From: Hyphomicrobiales bacterium
GTDB lineage: Bacteria; Pseudomonadota; Alphaproteobacteria; Rhizobiales; CAJQND01
Length of the DNA: 55,705 bases
Reading direction: 5' to 3'
Assembly: GCA_051010095.1 (NCBI GenBank)
Contig: JBPCVX010000019.1
Location: 1-55,705, forward strand
The notes under the pieces are model-generated. The model did no database searches. It worked only from the letters and a program-made list of their open reading frames with translations, and was not told the origin of the DNA. The stretch's first letter is position 1. The number at the start of each line of letters is the position of its first letter. Made by a program: the position numbers and the translations under genes. Of this stretch, positions 41,319 to 52,160 are shown one piece after another.

Positions 41319-42812
41319 TTAGTTTGGCAGATATCGTTGTTTTAGGTGAGCCTTAAATGCCTGTGTTGAAAGTGGTGCGCCCGTCGCTTTCTCGATTAGT
41401 TCATCAGGAGACAGCAAACTCCCCTGCTCGTGTATATTGGTGCGCAACCACGCATTGAGATTTGAGAAATCTCCAGCACCGATTTGGGCCAGAACATCGG
41501 GTACTTGGTCTTTAATGGTTGCAAAGATTTGTGCTGCTGTGAGCGCCCCTAGAGTATAGGTCGGGAAATAACCAAAGCTTCCCGACGGCCAATGAATATC
41601 TTGCATGCAACCATTTGCATCGCTGTCAGGAACCACACCAACGAGCTCTTCCATGGCGGCTCTCCAAGCTTCTGGTAGGTCTTTGGTCTTTAAGTCACCT
41701 GCAATCATCGCCTGCTCAAGCCGATAGCGCAGAATCACATGCAATGGATAAGTCGCCTCATCAGCATCAACCCGAATAAGACTTCGCTTAACCTTATGGT
41801 AGAGCTGCAAGATTGCCGCCTCACTCCATACAGCCTCGTCTCCGCTAAATGCTTCGCGCAAGAGCGGCGTAATATAGCCCACGAACTGCGGACTGCGCGC
41901 TGCTTGCATTTCATATAACAGCGATTGGCTTTCATGAAGCGTGAGGCCGCACGCGCGCCCTGCAGGCTGCGTGCGCCATGCTTTGGGCAATCCGCGCTCA
42001 TACATGGAATGGCCAGTTTCGTGCACAAGGCCCATCAAGCTCAACGAAAAATCATTTTCCGCGTAACGGGTGGTGATGCGGCTGTCATCCGGCACACCGC
42101 CAGAAAACGGATGAAGGCTTACATCAAGGCGCCCCGTATTAAAGTCAAACCCAATCGTTTCAATGATGTTGCGCCCCAATTTTTCTTGCGCTGCAACGTC
42201 AAACGGTGCCTTAGGACCATCAATAGGCGTTTGATTTGATTGATGTTCTACAATCTCGTTGATCATTCCAGGAAGGAATGAGAGCAAATCATTGAATATC
42301 GTATCGACATCGGTTGATGTTCGACCTGGGTCATACATGTCGAGAAGAGCATCATAGGGCTTAACACCAAACGCTTCGGCCTTGGCGGCAGCGGCCTCTC
42401 GTATAAGGCCGAGCGTTTCAGAAAAGGGCTTTTCCAGACGCGCAAAATCATTGTCTGCGCGGGCACTGCGCCAAACCATTTCAGAGGCTGCACTTGCGCG
42501 TGACATTTTATCAACAAGCTCTCCAGGCACGGCTGTTGAATGCAACCACCCATGGCGCATTTGCCGCAAATTGGCGAGTTGCCACTCATCAAGCCCACCT
42601 GCATCTTGTGCTTCGCCCAGCAAGTCACCCATATCGGGAGCGATCTTCATTTCATGCACAAGTACGCTCAGTGTGGCCATTTTTTCAGACCGCGCTTCAG
42701 CGCTTCCAGAAGGCATCATAACCGAGCGATCCCAGCTCAGCATGGCCAGCGCGCCACCAAGCGCGTTCAGGCGGCGAAACCGCGTTTCCAATGTTTCATA
42801 GGCCTTATTCAT
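41319..42812 (-). CDS. M32 family carboxypeptidase (Taq-like)
   Basis: 497 aa with HPF (SLHPFSGG), HETGH (HExxH) and IRVDADE motifs. Confidence 0.85.
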   Translation of the reverse strand: MNKAYETLETRFRRLNALGGALAMLSWDRSVMMPSGSAEARSEKMATLSVLVHEMKIAPDMGDLLGEAQDAGGLDEWQLANLRQMRHGWLHSTAVPGELVDKMSRASAASEMVWRSARADNDFARLEKPFSETLGLIREAAAAKAEAFGVKPYDALLDMYDPGRTSTDVDTIFNDLLSFLPGMINEIVEHQSNQTPIDGPKAPFDVAAQEKLGRNIIETIGFDFNTGRLDVSLHPFSGGVPDDSRITTRYAENDFSLSLMGLVHETGHSMYERGLPKAWRTQPAGRACGLTLHESQSLLYEMQAARSPQFVGYITPLLREAFSGDEAVWSEAAILQLYHKVKRSLIRVDADEATYPLHVILRYRLEQAMIAGDLKTKDLPEAWRAAMEELVGVVPDSDANGCMQDIHWPSGSFGYFPTYTLGALTAAQIFATIKDQVPDVLAQIGAGDFSNLNAWLRTNIHEQGSLLSPDELIEKATGAPLSTQAFKAHLKQRYLPN

Positions 42813-43561
42813 AGTGCATCCTTACGCCGTTTTTTCCTCCAGCCCACTACATAGAACCCATACACGCCGAGTAGTGCTGCGCCCAGCCCATACCAAGTCA
42901 GCGCATAGCCGAAATGAGAGTTAGATATGCGCACGCTCACCGGAACTGCTTGTGGCCACTCGCCTTGATGGTCTGGCAACGACAATTGCACAAAAAATGG
43001 TACTGACGGCAAGTTCATTTTGTCACCAACTTGCGCCAGCATATTGGTGCGGTCATACCAGAACCATTTGTTAGCTTCTGGCTCATTATCTGGTGTGAAT
43101 GCGCCTTTTTCTTCTTTGTGCAGACGCACATTGCCCGTGACGGTAACATCACCCGTGGGCAGGCCTGCGCTGCGAGCACCGGGTGATTTAAGCTCGTCAG
43201 GTACATATCCACGATCGACGAGAACCAACTTGCCATCTGGCAAAATCATTGGCGTTATTATGCGCCATCCTTGGCGGCCGTCGCGCAATGAATAAAGATG
43301 CAGCTCTCGGCCGTGTTCATACTGGCCGCGCATTTCAACTTTCGTGAGATTGATATCCTTGCCCGCATCGAACTTTACAAGGGCTTGCGCCATATCTATC
43401 GCAGGCGCTTCTTGTTTTTGCTCAATTTCAGCAATGATCCCTTCCTTCCACGCCAACCGCTGCAGTTGCCAGGTTCCAAGTGCGCCTAAGATGACCAACG
43501 ACACCAGCGCGCAGATGGAAACGACGATAAGACCGCCACGACCTTGCTCCGCTTCACTCAT
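42809..43561 (-). CDS. SURF1 family cytochrome oxidase assembly protein
   Basis: 250 aa with an N-terminal TM plus GTWQLQRLAWKEGII and a C-terminal TM (YALTWYGLGAALL). It overlaps the M32 start by 4 nt. Confidence 0.85.
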   Translation of the reverse strand: MSEAEQGRGGLIVVSICALVSLVILGALGTWQLQRLAWKEGIIAEIEQKQEAPAIDMAQALVKFDAGKDINLTKVEMRGQYEHGRELHLYSLRDGRQGWRIITPMILPDGKLVLVDRGYVPDELKSPGARSAGLPTGDVTVTGNVRLHKEEKGAFTPDNEPEANKWFWYDRTNMLAQVGDKMNLPSVPFFVQLSLPDHQGEWPQAVPVSVRISNSHFGYALTWYGLGAALLGVYGFYVVGWRKKRRKDAL

Positions 43562-43934
43562 CTTGAATGCGGCCCTCGCGCGCGTCGGTCTGGTATTGGC
43601 GGGCGATCATCAGTCCTTTTAAAGGCCGGATTGGGGCAATTGCCAACACCAGTGTTAACGGCAGCCAGATGACCGCATGAAGCCAATAGGGCGGTTGCGC
43701 CAATATCTCGGTCAACATGGCAGCTGTTGCCACGACCAGCCCAATACCCGTCATGATAAACCAGGCTGGGCCGTCGCCTGCATCTGCAAAATCAAACTTC
43801 AGACCACACGCCGAACACTTCTCATTAAGAGATAAGAATCCAGAAAACAGCTTCCCCTGCCCACAGCGCGGACATTTCCCCTTCATGCCGGTCTCTCCTG
43901 GAGAGAGTGGCGGATAGTAGGTTTCGTTGTTCAC
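43554..43934 (-). CDS. DUF983 domain membrane protein
   Basis: It has a zinc-ribbon-like CPRCGQGKLF...CSACGL followed by two TM helices. It occupies the conserved position between ctaE and SURF1. The start codon is uncertain. Confidence 0.7.
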   Translation of the reverse strand: MNNETYYPPLSPGETGMKGKCPRCGQGKLFSGFLSLNEKCSACGLKFDFADAGDGPAWFIMTGIGLVVATAAMLTEILAQPPYWLHAVIWLPLTLVLAIAPIRPLKGLMIARQYQTDAREGRIQDE

Positions 43935-43984
43935 ACCCGAACCTATGCTTCAACAACTGTCTGAAAAACCCGGCTCTTATAGCC

Positions 43985-44026
43985 CCAAAACAAAATGGCC
44001 GCATCTGCAATCTGCACGATGCGGCC
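43985..44026 (-). terminator. Rho-independent terminator after ctaE
   Basis: On the minus strand: GGCCGCATC-gtgcagattgca-GATGCGGCC followed by ATTTTGTTTTGGGG. This is a 9-bp stem with a 12-nt loop. Confidence 0.7.
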
Positions 44027-44047
44027 AAAATTCGCGATGTCTCTTAG

Positions 44048-44926
44048 TTAGAGAATTTCCTTGGCACCCCAAGATCCCCACACATAGATGGAGGCAAACA
44101 GGAACAGCCAAACCACATCCACAAAGTGCCAATACCAAGCTGCAGCCTCAAACCCGAAATGCTGCTTCGATGTAAAGTGGCCTGCCAATGCCCGGAACAG
44201 ACATACGATTAGGAATATTGTTCCGACCAGAACATGGAAACCGTGGAAACCCGTTGCCATGAAGAACGTGGCGCCATAAATGCTGCCGCTAAAGTTAAAT
44301 GCAGCATGACCATATTCATAAGCTTGCACCAAGGTGAAGATAGCACCAAGCGCGATTGTACAAATAAGGCCCCATTTCAGCCCATTGCGATCATCGTGCA
44401 ACAGCGCATGATGCGCCCAGGTTACGGTGGTGCCAGATGTCAGCAGAATAAGCGTATTGAGCAAAGGCAAATGCCACGGATCGAAAACAACAATGCCATC
44501 AGGAGGCCAATGCCCGCCCGTATGCTCGACGCGAGCTGCTTGAATTGCTTCGTCAGCGAAAAGGCTTGCATCGAAAAACGCCCAGAACCACGCCACAAAA
44601 AACATCACTTCAGAAGCGATAAACAAGATCATGCCGTAGCGTAGGTGCAGTTGCACGACCGGGGTGTGATGGCCTTCTACTTCGGCTTCATTCGTCACAT
44701 CACGCCACCACATGAACATGGTGTACAAGACGAGCAAAACGCCAATAGCAAATATCCATGGTTTGGCGATATTGAAGCCGATAATTGAAACTTCTTCGCC
44801 TTTGAGATAGCGCATAAGGCCAATGCCGCCCACCGCCATAACAAATGCTGCAGTCGCGCCAACAGCCGGCCATGGGCTCGGGTCAACCAAATGATAATCG
44901 TGGTTCTTTGCGTGGCTGTCCGCCAT
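44048..44926 (-). CDS. ctaE: cytochrome c oxidase subunit III
   Basis: 292 aa with seven TM helices and typical HHTPVV...[17 protein letters not shown] and [21 protein letters not shown] motifs. Confidence 0.9.
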   Translation of the reverse strand: MADSHAKNHDYHLVDPSPWPAVGATAAFVMAVGGIGLMRYLKGEEVSIIGFNIAKPWIFAIGVLLVLYTMFMWWRDVTNEAEVEGHHTPVVQLHLRYGMILFIASEVMFFVAWFWAFFDASLFADEAIQAARVEHTGGHWPPDGIVVFDPWHLPLLNTLILLTSGTTVTWAHHALLHDDRNGLKWGLICTIALGAIFTLVQAYEYGHAAFNFSGSIYGATFFMATGFHGFHVLVGTIFLIVCLFRALAGHFTSKQHFGFEAAAWYWHFVDVVWLFLFASIYVWGSWGAKEIL

Positions 44927-44981
44927 ATCCCCTACTCCAGTTCTTCAATGGGCGTTATCGCCCGCCCCAATTCATTCGCGA

Positions 44982-45581
44982 TCAGTTGATCGCCTCATCT
45001 TTCATATCAACCCGCGCTGACTTTGCCTTGTTTTCCTTTTTCGCAGGAAAGAACGTGTAAGACAGCGTAATCGTTTTTAACGTCTCTAAATCTTCGTCAT
45101 TCTCAATATCGGGATCGATATAGAACGACACCGGCATTTCAACGCTTTCACCTGGGTTGAGCGTTTGTTCAGTAAAACAAAAGCACTCGATCTTGTTAAA
45201 ATAAGCCCCCGCACTCACAGGTGTCACGTTAAAGACCGCAGAGCCAATAACCTTTTCATCTGAGCGGTTCGTTGCTCTGTAAAAAGCCAGACGATGCTCG
45301 CCAACTTTCAAAGAAAGCTTACGCTGTACCGGCTTAAAGTCCCAGTTGAGATCGTTGTTCACATTAGCATCAAACCGCACACCTATCACCCGCGATGATA
45401 TTTCGCCGCTGGGCGCCTCTGCGCGCTGTGTGGTGCCGCCATATCCAGTCACCTGGCAAAACAACGCGTAAAGCGGAACCGCCGCGTATGCCATACCAAT
45501 CATGCCCGCAACCAGCACAACGCATGAAACCGCGAGAATGCGATTTTTGCGTTCAGTATTATGTGCATTGTTTACAGCCAT
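44982..45581 (-). CDS. ctaG: cytochrome c oxidase assembly protein CtaG/Cox11
   Basis: 199 aa with an N-terminal TM and the copper-binding CFCFTEQ motif. Confidence 0.9.
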   Translation of the reverse strand: MAVNNAHNTERKNRILAVSCVVLVAGMIGMAYAAVPLYALFCQVTGYGGTTQRAEAPSGEISSRVIGVRFDANVNNDLNWDFKPVQRKLSLKVGEHRLAFYRATNRSDEKVIGSAVFNVTPVSAGAYFNKIECFCFTEQTLNPGESVEMPVSFYIDPDIENDEDLETLKTITLSYTFFPAKKENKAKSARVDMKDEAIN

Positions 45582-45595
45582 ATAGATTTCACACC

Positions 45596-45757
45596 CTATC
45601 CGGCAGTCTGGGCAATATTACCCGCCAATTTCACAATTGTGACCACGTAGAACAAGATAACGAGAACCACGCACACAACACCAATTGTAATGTTGCGCCA
45701 TTTGCGGCGTTTAAGTTCTTCTTCACTCAGCGTGATTTGTGTCGTTTCCGCACTCAT
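45596..45757 (-). CDS. small single-TM protein in the cox cluster (CoxF-like position); not in the supplied ORF track
   Basis: Hand translation gives [53 protein letters not shown], 53 aa. Its ATG overlaps the ctaB stop as ATGA, and it ends 14 nt before ctaG. It has a basic stretch followed by one hydrophobic helix. Confidence 0.6.
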   Translation of the reverse strand: MSAETTQITLSEEELKRRKWRNITIGVVCVVLVILFYVVTIVKLAGNIAQTAG

Positions 45758-46734
45758 AACCATCCTCCCACAAGCGGCACCAGGCCTTGCTCGACAAGCA
45801 ACACGGCAAAGAGCGCAAAAAGATAGACAATGGAATAAGCAAACAGTTTGCGTGGTGCGCGGTCAGCAGCAACGCCTTCGCGCAACTTGTACACACGCCA
45901 TGCAAGTACCAAGAAATAGGCGCCCAATAAAACCGCAGCTGCCATATATGCGAAACCGGCTGCCCCAAGAGCAAACGGAGCCAACGTTACGGGCATAAGA
46001 AGCAACGAATATATCCAGATCTGACGCCGCGTTTCATCTTCACCCGCCACAACCGGCAGCATAGGCACGCCAACCCGCTCATAATCACGGTATTTGTATA
46101 GCGCCAGCGCCCAAAAATGAGGCGGTGTCCACATAAAGATAATAAGAAATAGCGATATCGAGGCCAGATCGACCGAGCCTGTAACGGCTGCCCAACCAAT
46201 CATTGGTGGAAACGCGCCCGCAGCGCCGCCAATTACAATGTTCTGCGGCGTCGTGCGCTTCAACCACATTGTATAAATGAACAGATAAAAGGCGATTGAT
46301 CCAGCCAATATAGCCGCTGCAGCCCAATTTACCGTCACACCCATGACGAACACAGAACCACCCGCCATCACAGCGCCAAAACCAAGCGCTTCATTTGGTG
46401 TAACGCGGCCACGCGGTATAGGGCGTTTTGCGGTGCGCTGCATGCGTGCATCAATATCGGCATCATACCACATATTAAGCGCGCCTGAGGCACCCGCGCC
46501 CACGGCAATCGCTAGAATAGCAACAAATCCGATTACCGGGTGGATGCTGCCAGGGGCCACCATCAAGCCAACAAAAGCTGTAAAAATCACAAGCGACATC
46601 ACGCGCGGCTTCATTAGCGCCCAGTAGTCTCCTACAGAGCCCTGCCCGCCATAGGTATTCTCAACCCCTAAAGGTGTGTCTGAACCTATATTTACCGATA
46701 TATCGCTCATATTCACAAACTGTTTGAAAGCCAC
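45754..46734 (-). CDS. ctaB: protoheme IX farnesyltransferase (heme o synthase)
   Basis: 326 aa UbiA-family polytopic protein ([13 protein letters not shown]...[21 protein letters not shown]). It lies between ctaD and ctaG. Confidence 0.9.
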   Translation of the reverse strand: MAFKQFVNMSDISVNIGSDTPLGVENTYGGQGSVGDYWALMKPRVMSLVIFTAFVGLMVAPGSIHPVIGFVAILAIAVGAGASGALNMWYDADIDARMQRTAKRPIPRGRVTPNEALGFGAVMAGGSVFVMGVTVNWAAAAILAGSIAFYLFIYTMWLKRTTPQNIVIGGAAGAFPPMIGWAAVTGSVDLASISLFLIIFMWTPPHFWALALYKYRDYERVGVPMLPVVAGEDETRRQIWIYSLLLMPVTLAPFALGAAGFAYMAAAVLLGAYFLVLAWRVYKLREGVAADRAPRKLFAYSIVYLFALFAVLLVEQGLVPLVGGWL

Positions 46735-46769
46735 TTGGCGACGCCGCTAACGCCGCCAGGAAAGGCCAA

Positions 46770-48431
<1,662 letters not shown>

Positions 48432-48469
48432 CTACGGTCCTTTAAATCTCAAACTACTTCTTAGCCAAA

Positions 48470-49369
48470 TTATTCACTTGCAGCCGCAACATCGACGGGC
48501 TGCTTTTTCTTGGCCAGTTTTTTCTTCTCATCAGCAACAGTTGCCAGCAATTGCTGTTGAGCCGCGTCAATATCGTCTGCAGCTGCGCTCACCCAGGCGT
48601 CAAACTTTTCTTGTGACACCACACGAATAGCGATCGGCATATACGCATGGCGAATGCCGCACAGTTCGGAACATTGTCCGTAAAAAATGCCTTCTTTTTG
48701 GGCTTTGAACCAGGTTTCGTTCAAGCGGCCAGGAACGGCATCCATCTTGGTACCAAATGAAGGCATTGCGAAATTGTGCAGAACATCAGATGCGGTCACG
48801 ATGACCCGCACCGCTTTATTAACGGGCACCACAATTTCATTATCAACAGCCAGCAAACGCGGCGCGCCGGGATCAACTTTTCGGCGCTCTTCCAACTCGT
48901 CACCTTCCAGCATGATGGAATCAAACGAAATGTCGTTGTTGTCTGGATATTCATATGACCAATACCATTGGTTCCCAATGGCCTTAATCGTCATATCAAT
49001 CTGCGGAAAGTCACGCTGAAAATAGAGAAGCCGGAATGAAGGAACCGCCATCACGAGAAGAATCAAGATTGGCACAACTGTCCACAGAACTTCGATGAAT
49101 GTGTTGTGAGTCGTCTTGCTGGGTTCGGGATTAGCCCGCGCGTTGAACTTAACCATCACCATAATCAGCAAAATCATCACAAACAGCGTGACAATTACGA
49201 TGATCCACAGAATGAAATTATGAAGGCTCGTAATCCTGTCCATGATGGGCGTCGCAGACTGTTGGAATCCAATCTGCCAAGGTTCTGCCTGGCCAAGTCC
49301 TGCCGCATATGCCCAACTTGCCGCTAGCATTGCGAAAATGAACGCGGCTCCACCAATTAGTCTTCGCAT
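48470..49369 (-). CDS. ctaC: cytochrome c oxidase subunit II
   Basis: It has the CuA motif CSELCGIRHAYMP. The start is taken at MRRLIGGAAFIF (49369), which has GAGAGGAG upstream; the track opens at 49414. Confidence 0.9.
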   Translation of the reverse strand: MRRLIGGAAFIFAMLAASWAYAAGLGQAEPWQIGFQQSATPIMDRITSLHNFILWIIVIVTLFVMILLIMVMVKFNARANPEPSKTTHNTFIEVLWTVVPILILLVMAVPSFRLLYFQRDFPQIDMTIKAIGNQWYWSYEYPDNNDISFDSIMLEGDELEERRKVDPGAPRLLAVDNEIVVPVNKAVRVIVTASDVLHNFAMPSFGTKMDAVPGRLNETWFKAQKEGIFYGQCSELCGIRHAYMPIAIRVVSQEKFDAWVSAAADDIDAAQQQLLATVADEKKKLAKKKQPVDVAAASE

Positions 49370-49939
49370 TGATGCAAAGCTCCTCTCAAAAACCCCAAAC
49401 CTGCGTATACCCATTTATTCAGGCCACGCAAGTACGAACTCGAAAGCGTTTTGCCACATCGCCCTGATCTGCCAAAACACTTTTTAACTTTATACACTTA
49501 GACATACGCACCATGATCATTAATGGACGCAGGTCTGCCCTTTGAATCTCGCGCTAACACTACAATTCACACAGGCTCTAGAGAACGCGTCATTTCTACG
49601 CGCCGGAAGGTTTACAGCAGAAAGCCGTGGACAACTTTCCCCATTTTGCAGCTTAATTGATTATCATGTGCTGCAAATTTGGTCAGGAATCGCAAAATTT
49701 CGAGTAAATTTAACCGTTTACCAGACACATGATTGCCACAGTGCTGCATAAAAATGACACCGGATTTACCAACAGAACCCAAGAAGCAAACATTCACGCG
49801 ACCATTTGACACAATTTTAGCCCTAATTCGCCCTGAAAATTCAAATACTCGCACGTCTCTATATTGGCAACTCACCAAATCTCACGCTAGAAAGCGTTGA
49901 AACGTCGCGCCGGTTGGCAAACTTGAGGATTACAACACG

Positions 49940-50704
49940 ATGAGACTATATCCACTTTCCGCTATGCTTTCCCGGTCAGCATTCGCCGTTGCTGCGATGA
50001 TGTTACTGACGGTTGGCAACGCCACACCCACCTTCGCACAACAACAAGCACCTGCCGCGCAACCCCGCCCACAGCAGCCACCAGCCGGCCCGCGTGTTCA
50101 AACTTTGCGCCAAATTGAAGCGCTGAAACAACAACAAGAAGCGGAGCGTAAAAAGCAGGGCCTTCCCCCTCCCCCGAAAGAAGAGATCATTGCTAAAAAC
50201 GGCAAATGGGAAGTCCGCTGCACGGAAAACCCACAACCACCCGGTCAAGCAAACTCCTCTGGCAAAGGCGACGCATTAGCCGGGTCCGAGAATCAAACCC
50301 AAGCAGGCCAGGCTGCACCAGCTGCGCCTACGCGCGTTTGCGGTATGGTACAAACAACCGAAGCACCTGAACGCAAAGGCGTTGCTCTAACGCTGTTGTT
50401 TGGCAAAGCCCAGCGTGAAGGCAAAGATGTCATCATGATGCGCATAGTTGCGCCTATCGGCGTTTACTTACCTACCGGCGTTGCTCTTGAGATTGATGGC
50501 AAAGCGCTAACGCAAATGGCGTTTCAACGCTGCTTGCCAAATGCCTGCGTTGTCGTGGCGGAAGCTTCACCTGAAATGCTTGGCGCAATGCGGCAGGGCT
50601 CTATTGCAAACTTTATCGTCTATGAAGCGCCAGGAGCTGGTGTTGCCATGCCAATTTCATTGGCAGGGTTCACCAAATCCGTAGACGCTCTAACTCAAAA
50701 TTAA
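49940..50704 (+). CDS. invasion-associated locus B (IalB) family exported protein
   Basis: 254 aa. It has a signal peptide, a Q/P-rich linker, and then an IalB-like domain with conserved Cys positions (WEVRCTE...RVCGMVQT...RCLPNACVV). It lies next to tldD and the cox cluster, as in many Hyphomicrobiales. Confidence 0.65.
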   Translation: MRLYPLSAMLSRSAFAVAAMMLLTVGNATPTFAQQQAPAAQPRPQQPPAGPRVQTLRQIEALKQQQEAERKKQGLPPPPKEEIIAKNGKWEVRCTENPQPPGQANSSGKGDALAGSENQTQAGQAAPAAPTRVCGMVQTTEAPERKGVALTLLFGKAQREGKDVIMMRIVAPIGVYLPTGVALEIDGKALTQMAFQRCLPNACVVVAEASPEMLGAMRQGSIANFIVYEAPGAGVAMPISLAGFTKSVDALTQN

Positions 50705-50726
50705 TCGGGCTTAAGCAGTTCTTATT

Positions 50727-52157
50727 ATGGATAAGCCATCAAGCGACGATCTGTTCTTTCAGCAAAATGATCTAACGCCCGAGCGTGCAGCTGCGCTGAC
50801 GGCAGAAGCGCTTGAGGGATGCGACGATGGCGAATTGTTTCTGGAGTATGATCAGCTCGAAGCGTTGAGCTTCGACGATGGAAAACTCAAAACCGCGAGT
50901 TTTAACACCACTCAGGGCTTCGGCTTGCGGGCAATTTGCGGCGAAGCAACCGGATATGCACACGCCTCGGAAATCTCCGAAGCGGCGATTCTCAGAGCGG
51001 CTGGCGCAGTTAATGCGGTGCGCTCGGGACATACAGGCACTCTCGCCACAGCGCCGAACAGAACCAACCGCCAGCTCTATACCCATGAAAACTTGATCGG
51101 CGGCATCGCGTTTCAGGAAAAGATAGAACTGCTGCGCGAGATTGATGCATATGCCCGCGCTCAAGGCAGCGATGTTAGCCAAGTAAGCGTCTCATTAGCG
51201 GGAAACTGGCAGGCGGTGCATATTATCCGTCCAGACGGCGCAACCTATAGTGATTTCCGGCCACTTGTGCGTCTTTCTGTTGCGATCGTCGCCAAGGATG
51301 GCGCACGCCAGGAAAGCGGGAGCCATAGTTTGGGTGGCCGGGGCGCACAGCATCTCTATATCGGTGAAGACAATTGGCGCAATGCGGTGCAAGTCGCCTT
51401 GGCGCAGGCGCGCACAAATTTACAAGCAGACGATGCACCAGCAGGCGAAATGGATGTAGTGTTAGGTCCAGGTTGGCCCGGCATTCTTCTGCATGAAGCG
51501 GTTGGTCATGGGCTTGAAGGAGACTTTAACCGCAAGAAAACGTCAGCTTTTGCAGGCCTCGTTGGCGAGAGAGTTGCAGCCCCTGGCGTCACGGTCGTGG
51601 ATGATGGGACACTGGACAACCGCCGCGGGTCACTCAGCCTTGATGATGAAGGAACACCAACCCACAACACCACGTTAATCGAAGACGGAATTTTGGTTGG
51701 TTTCATGCAAGACCGTCTAAATGCCAGGCTTATGGGCGTCGAACCCACAGGCAATGGTCGGCGACAATCATTTGCACATCAGCCGATGCCGCGTATGACC
51801 AACACCTATATGTTGGGTGGCGATAAAACGCAGGAAGAGATCATTGCATCGGTAAAAAACGGACTTTTTGCGGTCTCGTTTGGTGGCGGATCGGTTGATA
51901 TCACGTCGGGCAAATTCGTCTTCACGTGCACTGAGGCGTACAAAATTGAAAACGGAAAAGTGGGTGCGCCCGTAAAGGGTGCAACACTGATCGGCAACGG
52001 TCCGGATGCCCTGACCCGCATCTCCATGATAGGCAATGATATGGCGCTCGATACAGGAACGGGCACCTGTGGCAAATCCGGTCAATGGGTGCCGGTAGGT
52101 GTTGGGCAACCTACTTTGCGCATTGATGCAATGACGGTCGGCGGAACGGCGGCCTAA
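50727..52157 (+). CDS. tldD: metalloprotease TldD
   Basis: 476 aa with the HEAVGHGLEGD zinc motif and a typical C-terminal GxC...GQP region. Confidence 0.9.
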   Translation: MDKPSSDDLFFQQNDLTPERAAALTAEALEGCDDGELFLEYDQLEALSFDDGKLKTASFNTTQGFGLRAICGEATGYAHASEISEAAILRAAGAVNAVRSGHTGTLATAPNRTNRQLYTHENLIGGIAFQEKIELLREIDAYARAQGSDVSQVSVSLAGNWQAVHIIRPDGATYSDFRPLVRLSVAIVAKDGARQESGSHSLGGRGAQHLYIGEDNWRNAVQVALAQARTNLQADDAPAGEMDVVLGPGWPGILLHEAVGHGLEGDFNRKKTSAFAGLVGERVAAPGVTVVDDGTLDNRRGSLSLDDEGTPTHNTTLIEDGILVGFMQDRLNARLMGVEPTGNGRRQSFAHQPMPRMTNTYMLGGDKTQEEIIASVKNGLFAVSFGGGSVDITSGKFVFTCTEAYKIENGKVGAPVKGATLIGNGPDALTRISMIGNDMALDTGTGTCGKSGQWVPVGVGQPTLRIDAMTVGGTAA

Positions 52158-52160
52158 CGT

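Noticed and set aside
49651-49670. Fur-box-like TGATTATCAT in the ctaC / ialB spacer
   Set aside because: Only the central 10 nt match the 19-bp consensus and the flanks do not. From memory, iron control in this group usually uses Irr and RirA rather than Fur.
49542-49878. ORFs 49542..49751 (+) and 49612..49878 (-) in the ctaC / ialB spacer
   Set aside because: They overlap each other and have non-ATG or unsupported starts, no SD, and no motifs. I treat the region as non-coding (see finding).
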